NCBI GenBank assembly: GCA_001179505.1
Contig: CDMY01000948.1
Location: 1 to 8,896 of the forward strand
Reading direction: 5' to 3'
Length of the DNA stretch: 8,896 nucleotides
DNA from: Vitrella brassicaformis CCMP3155
Taxonomy: Eukaryota; Protista; Chromerida
Shown: positions 1 through 7,198 of the stretch, in pieces
How the letters are laid out: each line of letters starts with the position of its first letter
Position numbering within the stretch: position 1 is the first letter of the stretch
Position numbers and translations under genes: made by a program
Notes under the pieces: generated by a model
The model's input: the letters and a program-made list of their open reading frames with translations, nothing else
The model's database searches: none
What the model was told of the DNA's origin: nothing

Positions 1-848
1 GGGTGCGCGACCCGACCGAGCGGGTCGCTGAGGCGTACGAGACGTCCGTCCAGGGCACCAACGTGCTCACCACCGCTATTCAGCATGGTACCCACTCAGA
101 CCAGCCCTTCGACCCGTCCATCCATCGCCTTCAGATGCACACGGCCATTCACGAGGGGAAGAGGCGGGCGGACGCACAGGCCAAGGAGCGCTACGGCTAC
201 CGCCCGCCCAACCTCCCCTCCAGCTGCCCAGGGTGTGGTTCTGCCTTCACCCTCACCCATGCCCTGGACTGCGCGAAGGGCGGGCTGGTGATACAGCGGC
301 ACAACGAGCTGCGGGACGTGATCGGCGACGTCGGCAGGATGGCCTTTGGGGCAGGGAGCGTCCACAAGGAGGTGGTGTTGAAGGAGGGGGATGGGCAGGG
401 GAGGGAGGAGGTCAGGACGGACCTGGTGATCCGAGGTGTGTGGGACCGCCAGAGGGATGCATCGTTCGACGTGTGCGTTACTAACGCTGATGCTCCCTCT
501 TACGGCAACCGCCCCACGCGATCCATCCTGGCGACGCACGAGCGCAGAAAGAAGAACAAGCAAGTGCGCGTTTGCGAGGACCTGTCCATGACCTTCACCC
601 CTCTGGTCGTCACCGTCGATGGGGTGTGGGGGAAGGAGGCGGAGCACTTCTTCACCCGCTTGACTGAGCAGCTGTTGACGAGACAGGGGTGGTCAGATAG
701 GGGGCGAGGGCGGGTGCATGGGTGGCTGCGTGCTCGTTTGTCTGTTGCATTGATGCGGGCTGCTAGCCTGTGTTTGAGGGGCGGGAGGCAGTCATGGCGT
801 GGTGTTGGGGCGATGGACGGGGCTGGGGTGTTCTCATCGGATGAGTGA
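1..848 (+). mobile_element. 3' part of a non-LTR retrotransposon ORF, CRE-clade-like (post-RT linker, CCHC zinc knuckle, restriction-like endonuclease); 5'-truncated by the window edge
   Basis: ORF 3..848. It opens with (G)VRDPT, resembling the GGLG(I/V)xDP end of the RT thumb. It then has RYG-x-P-x2-LP, C-x2-C-x7-H-x3-C (225-272), RHNELRD (297-317), RTD (D at 420-422), FDV (D at 468-470), E-x2-KKNK, FTPLVVTVDG and RARLSVALMRAASLCLRG. This motif order is typical of RLE-bearing CRE-like elements. There are no introns, unlike most neighbouring host genes. Confidence 0.88.
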
Positions 849-1032
849 GCGTGCCCTTTGTGCATAGGCATATGTGGATAGATTCATGGAGGCGATTTGG
901 ACAAGCGAGTGCATGGATGCCATCTGTCAATTATCTCTTCCCTCGATTGAGGTAGTATCCACGATTTCATGCATCGACCAGAGGAAAACTACGCACTTTG
1001 GCTCGCTGGTTGCTGCTGTTCAGATGGGTTAG

Positions 1033-1452
1033 GCGTCTGCAGCGCTTCGACAAGGCCTCATCTATTTTGGCTGTGCATTCCCCACGGCATTCGTCTGCGG
1101 CGCCATCCGTGTCGGCCTTATCGAGCCCGCTCTGGGCAAAGACAATTATCTCTTTTCTGTGCTGATCTTCGACGCGTTGCTGCTGCCCATCTCGTGGCTG
1201 CTCTGCAACAAGTTGGTGGACGCCGAGAGCGTCGGCGAAGGGGCGTTGGTGGGGGTGACTGCATTCACGCTGCTGATGGGTGCAGAGGTGTCTATGTGCT
1301 GGTTTGTGGACAAGAAGACGCCCGTGGATTTCTTTCGCAAGCAGACGTCCAATGCGGTGGATGGGTTTCTCGGCCTGGGGAGCCAGGTGCTGTTCGCTCT
1401 CTTCCCGGTGATGCAGGCGTATCTGAGCGACAAGGGAGGCAAGCCGGACTAG
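1033..1452 (+). CDS. Small (~140 aa) multi-pass membrane protein of unknown function, similar to an uncharacterised bacterial 4-TM family; start codon unresolved
   Basis: Frame 1 is open 1033-1452: ASAALRQGLIYFGCAFPTAFVCGAIRVGLIEPALGKDNYLFSVLIFDALLLPISWLLCNKLVDAESVGEGALVGVTAFTLLMGAEVSMCWFVDKKTPVDFFRKQTSNAVDGFLGLGSQVLFALFPVMQAYLSDKGGKPD*. It has about four hydrophobic segments and GC3-rich codons. The ORF track shows only 1159-1452. A TAG at 1030-1032 separates it from ATG 1024. A possible first exon is 913-951, with intron 952-1032. Confidence 0.72.
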   Translation, partial: ASAALRQGLIYFGCAFPTAFVCGAIRVGLIEPALGKDNYLFSVLIFDALLLPISWLLCNKLVDAESVGEGALVGVTAFTLLMGAEVSMCWFVDKKTPVDFFRKQTSNAVDGFLGLGSQVLFALFPVMQAYLSDKGGKPD

Positions 1453-1613
1453 ACGAGGCAGTGACTGAGTGATTGACTTCGTTTCCAAGTGGGTTGGTGC
1501 GAGGACGTTCTGTTTTTTGTTGAGTCAGTGTCGAGTGTGTAGCCTGTAAGTGCGTAGTGCGCACGCTGGGATTGTAAGATAGGCGTGGCGTGTGTGGTTG
1601 AGGGCCGACCAAC

Positions 1614-1637
1614 GAGTGAGTGAGTGAGTGAGTGAGT
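1614..1637. repeat. (GAGT)6 microsatellite between convergent genes
   Basis: Six perfect GAGT units read directly. Confidence 0.95.
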
Positions 1638-1780
1638 TGATCGACAAACACGTAGGTGGCAGACGAGTGTCACAGCCGTGTCCAATGCAAGAGAGAGCTG
1701 GGCTCTTCAATCGACCGACACATATACAGAACAACACAGCAACACACATCGCGTCAGCTGACTCTCACAACCACTCCACG

Positions 1781-2832
1781 CTACTTGCCTTCCTTGCCCC
1801 CTTCCCTCCCCTTGTCGGCGGTGCTCTGGTCGCCCTCTTGCTGATGGCCAGCCTTGTTGGCCTCCAGCATGTCCTTGAGGTCCTTCTCAAACTTGCCCGT
1901 GATGGCGGGATACTTAGCCTGCCCCCTCTTGTCGCGCTGCACGTAGAGGTGGTGGAAGGCCAGCCGCAGACCCACTCCCTCCACCTGGCCCACGAAATGA
2001 GGCGGCACGTCAGGCTGGTCGCTGTACAGAATAACCGTCCGCCCGGGCTTCGGGAAGGCGATGCACGTCACTGCAACCAAGACAGCAAGGCCTGTGTGTG
2101 TGGGTCCGCCCGTGTGTGTGTGTGAGGTCACATGTGCGTACCGATGAGCACGGATCCGCTCTTCATCCTGAAGGGGCGTATGTGTGAGATGAAGTCGTTG
2201 ACCTCCCGCAGGCCGGCGTCGTAGACATAGTCGTAGGTCTCCTCCAGAGGCAGCGCATTCCTGAGGGCCCTGGCGAACCCGTCACGAATGTGGCGCGGGT
2301 CCTTCTCGCTCACAAAGACAAAGCGAAAGGTCTTGTCCACCGAGTCATCAAACAGAAGACCGGGCTCGGTCTGACCAGTCTGCATGACGCAACACATGAC
2401 ACACACAGAAACACATTCCAGAAGCTCTCGGTGATCTATCCGGCTTACGTCCATATACGAGTTGAGCAGTCCCTGGTCCAGGTACAGCCCCAGTGAGTAG
2501 GCCCTGGCAGGCGGGAACCAGCATGCATTCTGCATACACCTGGGCGCCGAGGATATGTACTGGTGCAGGTGGGGCATCGCCCAAGGGCCAGTCAGCACCG
2601 GCAGCTGCACAGGGAACTCCACTCCAAGCACCTCCTCACGCTTGGTCGTGGACTGGGGCAGGTTGATCACGGGCGGGGCGTCGCTCGGACGGCTGCTGGC
2701 CTCGCAGTGGCTCACGCGGCGGCATGATGGGGCAGGGGAGCGCGAGAGAGATGGTGATGAGGTGTGGAGGAGGGTCAGGGCAGATGCAGCGCCAACTGCA
2801 ACTGATACGGCTCCCTTCGATGCTGCTGACAT
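1781..2832 (-). CDS. Chalcone-isomerase-fold protein, Aim18/Aim46-like, probably mitochondrial; 3 exons, ~303 aa
   Basis: Exons 2832-2449, 2379-2142 and 2070-1781 total 912 nt with consistent phases. The GT-AG introns are 2448-2380 (69 nt) and 2141-2071 (71 nt). Motifs are ARAYSLGLYLD, FRFVFVSEKDPRHIRDGFARAL (compare the H-L-R-D-G motif of fungal Aim18/46), GSVLI-V and GQVEG...LAFHHLY...P.I...F. The Ser/Ala/Arg-rich N-terminus has a hydrophobic stretch followed by SHCEA, resembling an organellar targeting leader. Confidence 0.8.
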
Positions 2833-3219
2833 GAGAAAAGGACGATAAACCGGCGTGTGGAGCCAGAGATTGGGGTTTCAAGGGTGGGTGTTTCGGGTTT
2901 CTGGGTTTCTGAACCCTACAGCCAAACCCTGCACCCGGTGGGGTTCGGCCTATTCACTCGAAACACGCAAAGGTACGCGCTCATTTCATCCATGCATCAA
3001 CGCGTTGGAAAGTATGCGTCTGCAGTTGTTCTTCGTCATATTGGGCACGTTTCAGGCTCTGTTTCGCCGCCCCCATTTCCCCTCAGTGAGCCTCGTCTTC
3101 AAGTGCTACACACACACATATGCATCTCTTCCTGGCGGCTTCTCATGTCCCTCCCTGTCCTGGTGTGTGTCTGTTTCTCTTCAGGCCCAGCCCCGGTGCC
3201 AGTACAGTAGTCAGTGAGG
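2833..3219. promoter_or_regulatory. Probable bidirectional promoter/5' UTR region between head-to-head genes; contains a GGGTTTC/AAACCCT motif cluster and a likely 5' UTR intron (~3086-3184, + strand)
   Basis: It lies between ATG 2832 (-) and ATG 3220 (+). The candidate UTR intron has donor gtgagc at 3086 and a pyrimidine/GT-rich tract ending ttcag at 3184. Confidence 0.5.
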
Positions 3220-4149
3220 ATGTTCAATTTCATCACAGACGCGGTCTTCGGGCCAGCCAATGTCACGCCAGAGCAGGTCAAGGTCGCGCGGACCAAGTGG
3301 ACCAAAGCAAGTACAGTAGGCACACGGACACGGACATTCACTCCTGTGGATGGTGCATGGGATGGATGTATTGATTGATTCGTTCGTTCCTTTGTGCAGT
3401 GGAGTCGTTGAAGCCCGAGGAGGTGGTGAAGCTCTACGCACCGCAGGCACTCCTACTCGGTAGGACTGACTCATTAATAACGACAGACACATCCTCACAA
3501 TATCCGGTGTGTGTTATAATCACACTGATTGCAGGTCTTGAGCAGGAGGCAGAGACGGAGCGCTGCGTCGGGCGACAAGATCCTGGAGTATTACAATGCA
3601 TTTGTCAAGGACAAGGTGCGGTCTGTGCGGTGTGCGCGTGGGTGGGCCACCAGGGGAAGACGGCTCAATCTTTCTTAATTGCCTGTCGCGTCTCATAAAC
3701 ACACACAGAAGAGAGTGAAGGTGGAATGGGCGGCTGATGTGACGGCTGAGGACGTCATCCACCTGGAGACGACCTCTGCCGTCTACTCGAGCTACTTCAC
3801 CCTGTACACCGACAAGGGCGAGACGGGCGGCCTCTTGGGCGGCGGCGGCTTCACCAAGACACACGCCAAGGTCTCATTCACCTACAAGAAAAATGCAAAC
3901 TCCGGAGACCTCGACATACTCGTCCACGTCGCAGGCAGGCCGCCCCTTCCCTCCTCCCTCCTTTGCCTTGTGCACACTAAACATGCACACGTGCTTTGCT
4001 TGTGTGTGGCAGGTTTGACGCCCCAGGGTGTGGAGAGATACAGTGGCGAGTGGCCTGCGGACGACCCCGACGAGGTCGCGGAGCCAGAGCCCACCAAGGA
4101 GGAGGGCGAGGGGGAGGGGGACAAGAAGGAAGACGACAAGGCAGAGTGA
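3220..4149 (+). CDS. NTF2-fold protein resembling iota-class carbonic anhydrase (COG4875)/CaMKII association domain/DUF4440; degenerate HHSS motif; apparent 1-nt frameshift in exon 3; ~197 aa if corrected
   Basis: Exons are 3220-3310, 3400-3459, 3535-3615, 3709-3934 and 4013-4149 (595 nt = 3n+1). The spliced protein is MFNFITDAVFGPANVTPEQVKVARTKWTKAMESLKPEEVVKLYAPQALLLGLEQEAETERCVG/DKILEYYNAFVKDKKRVKVEW...SAVYSSYFTLY...THAKVSFTYKK...LDILVHVAGLTP plus an acidic tail. It matches the family pattern W-x2-A...V-x2-LYAPxAxLL...R-x5-I-x2-YF...YTF...ARY(S/T)FVY...I-x2-HHSS-x2-P. Confidence 0.7.
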
Positions 4150-4332
4150 GTGGGCTGAGCCCACACACCAGCGTGGCTCACACACAGACCGACAGGCAGA
4201 GACACCTCTTTCTGGGGCATGATGATGTATGCGTGTGGTGATGGTTCTGCAGGGAGGACAAGGCCGGCGAGGGAGAGGAGAAGAAGGCAGAAGGCCAAGA
4301 GTAGCCTGCCTGTCTGCAATCGACTTATAAAT

Positions 4333-5334
4333 GGATGGATGGATGGCCGGATGGATCGATGGCTGGTCTTTTTCCTCTGTGCTCTCAAAGTGTGAGCAGA
4401 GCAAGGGCTGCCTCCTCGGCTGGCAGGTCAGGTTTGTCTGTGTGCGTTTCGGTGCGGTAGCTAGGCCTGGTTGACGCTAAGCCGTGAGCAATAAGCCTCA
4501 AGAGATTCAAGTCGATGCACTCACTCACTGATGAGTCAGTGCTCCATGCACACACACATGTGCCGCACCACAGAAGCACGAAAAATCATCATACTCACGG
4601 GGGCCCGAAGACAGCAGAGGAAAGCGCTAGCAGCACCACACACACGCACACACATACACATACGCACAGTCAGAGTCAGAGTCAGAGCCGGGGTGCGCGC
4701 CAGGCGCCAGTGCTCCCGCACTCACACCGACAGGCACTCCCCACACGGACACGAACGATCGCGCCACTGTGCACACCATGTCAGCCAAAATGCAGACTGA
4801 CGTACTCACCGACAGAGAGAGAGAGAGAGAGACGGACATGAGGAGAGACGAAGCGGAGAAAGACAACAATGGTCGGAAAAAGATCACCAGGACACACAGA
4901 CACACACACACATGGACGCACGGACAACCCCAAGCACAACCACACAACGTCGTGTACGGGTCACGTCACCTACCACAAACTCACATTCACGTAGACACGG
5001 CAACCTCAGTCAGTGAGTGACAAATGAAGCGACAATGAGTCGCGATAAAAAGACGGCGAGTCTCACATACATCACATCTGTGCGCCGGTTCCCATCTGTT
5101 CGTCAACACATATGAGACGACATGGTCTCCTTGCGGGTACGCAAAGAGGCCATCACGTCGCATGGCGTCGACGAAGAGAATGGGGAAGCAACACGACACA
5201 CACGCCACAAGCAGCAGGCAGAGCATTTCTGAGCCAGCTCAGCTCAGAAGGAAAAAGACAGTCAGACGTCGCACACGGGCTTCAAAATCCCCCCACCTCC
5301 TTACAAGCGACAGACACACCACCACCACCACCAC
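4333..5334. repeat. Microsatellite-rich non-coding tract (3' UTRs/intergenic of convergent genes)
   Basis: (GGAT)3 at 4333-4344 with degenerate copies, (AGTCAG)3 at 4668-4685, (GA)9 at 4815-4832, (CAC)6 at 5317-5334 and several CA runs. ORFs here translate to repeat-derived low-complexity peptides. Confidence 0.85.
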
Positions 5335-5346
5335 CCAATATATCAT

Positions 5347-6866
5347 TTAAAGGTTGGCCGACACGAATCGACCTGGACAGTCGACTGTCGACCCACTACT
5401 ACCCCTCTGCAGCCCCGCGGTAGTAGACATGGCCTCCACCCCTCGCGCACGCGACACGTGGTACTCGTCGCCGCGATAGTCGGCAATCCGGGGGTTCAGC
5501 CGCAGCCTGGCCGCATGCGGCCGCCAGCCCGTCCTCGGAGAGATGAACTGCGCAAACGTGTGCTGCCGACGCAGGGGGGCCGAGGGGATGGGGGTCGTCT
5601 CCGTTTGGTTGCGGAGGGGGGAGATGGCCTCTGGGGGAGGGGGGCAGGGGGCCGACCGAACCACAGAGCTCGGGGACAGCGGATCTCCTCGCGTGGATGA
5701 TGAGCTTGGGCGCTGGTCCTCTTCTTCACCTTGCTCGAAAATAATGCTGGTGGTGGGCTCGGGGTGGTGCTCAGCCAGGGTGGGTAGGTGTGACCGTCGC
5801 CTGAATGGGTTGCGGTTGAACGGGTTGCGGAATGCCGACAGCCACGGGATGCCGCGTCTGCCTCGGTTGGGGCTTCTGGTCCCCTCCACGGGGATCGGCG
5901 TGGCTGCGGAAAGGGTGGGCAGGGGGGCTGCGTCGGGAGTGGCCCTTTCAGACACACTCTCGCCCTCCGTCCTGTCAGGCAGTTGCCTGCCTGGCAACTC
6001 ATTGCCCGACGGCGGCAGTGGCGACAGCTCCTCTCCGACGGCTTCGTCCTGGTCGTCGTCGCTGGGCCGCGAGAGGGTCTCGGGGATGGACGGCATGGAC
6101 TGCATAGGCCCCAGGAAGGAGGGAATCGGCGCGTAGTCGGAGGGAGACGAGCGGGACGGGTGGCTGGCCACAGAGCTCATGTTGGAGGGGGTGAGGAAGC
6201 TCCCTGGCGTCAGCCGGTCAGACCCGTCAGCCACTGACAGATGAGGGCTCGCGGGGCGGCCATAGCCGCGATAGGTGTTGTGGGCGTCGGCCAGGGGCGT
6301 CAGCAAGTGGGAAGAGTTGCCCGGCGAGCCCCGTCTAGAGGGGAAGGCGCCTGCCTGGCTGTCGCCCGCTTCGCTCGCCACATCGGTGTTGAGAATGGGG
6401 AAGTAGGGGATGGGGGCATAGTCTCGCTCTGATGAGTGGGTCCGTGCGACCCAGGGGCTGGAGGTGCCGGGTGTGCGCCATGAGAGTGCGGCGACACTGC
6501 CGCCGCTGCCGCTGGGCGTGTGGTGCCGCCTGGCGGCGGTGACGTTGCGGATGCGGTTGGTGCGGGTCTCCATGTCGGTGGTGGGCAGCGTGTTGGGCTT
6601 GCTGCTGTGCGAACTGACACACACGGACAATACAGGACAGGACAGGCAACGCGAGTGAGTCAGTGGAAGAACAACAACAGTCGATGCATTCATTTCTCTC
6701 TCTCTGTTATCCACCTGTAAGTGTCTGGAATGTTGTCCATCCAGAGGCATGGGTCACTGCCGTTGCCGTTCCAGCTCCACGACGCAGGCTGCCGGCCGTG
6801 CCGACCCAGGGGGTCTTCAGAGGCGCTCGAACCGATCCAGGGAGGCATCGTCTGTGCGGACGCCAT
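5347..6866 (-). CDS. Intrinsically disordered Ser/Pro/Arg-rich protein of unknown function; 2 exons, ~472 aa
   Basis: The long ORF 5347-6750 contains a typical intron, 6714-6614 (101 nt, gtggat...gtgtgtcag, phase 2). It joins exon 6866-6715 (MASAQTMPPWIG...DNIPDTY) in frame to exon 6613-5347, 1419 nt in total. No recognisable globular domain is present. The start (ATG 6866) and the C-terminus are uncertain. Confidence 0.62.
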
Positions 6867-7198
6867 CGCACCTGGCACCCTCGATGATCAGCAGCAGCAG
6901 ACGACTACAAGATGCACCATGCGCCTGCAAAGCAAAAGGCAGATCTCAAGACAGACTCGGATGCTTGCTTCATTTCTTCTGTGAGTGACGTACCTCTCCT
7001 TCGGACTCACAGTTCGGGTGTGCAGTATGTTAGTTGACTGTCGGTGCGGCATCCTCACCCACCACCACAGGCAAGCCGCCCATCCTTCCCACAACACTGC
7101 GGTGCCCTTCGCCGTGAAACGGATCACCTGCGCCTGACCCATTTGTAGCTCTTGCTGGTGCTGCTGATCTCGTTGGACGGTGCCGTGAGCCTCTGAGG

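Noticed and set aside
928-1154. Exact 12-bp direct repeat caattatctctt at 928-939 and 1143-1154, a possible target-site duplication
   Set aside because: The second copy and the intervening DNA lie in the conserved coding N-terminus of the membrane protein, so the spacer is not an insertion. A real TSD partner would be at the element's 5' end, outside the window. Chance is plausible.
4504-4590. Hammerhead-like core words CTGATGAG (4528-4535) and GAAA (4580-4583)
   Set aside because: Stems I-III cannot be built with canonical geometry, and CTGATGAG is instead part of a local hairpin, cactga-tgag-tcagtg.
4385-5423. Short ORFs in the 4.4-5.4 kb region
   Set aside because: The translations are dominated by microsatellite-derived HT/VC/RE repeats. 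The region looks like UTR or intergenic DNA.
5496-6658. Several long + strand ORFs (e.g. 5543-6136, 5496-6002)
   Set aside because: They are antisense shadows of the GC-rich minus-strand disordered-protein exon and have no recognisable motifs or splice context.
6979-7012. 8-bp inverted repeat ctgtgagt/actcacag
   Set aside because: It is short and made of the genome's very common gtgagt word, so it is expected by chance.
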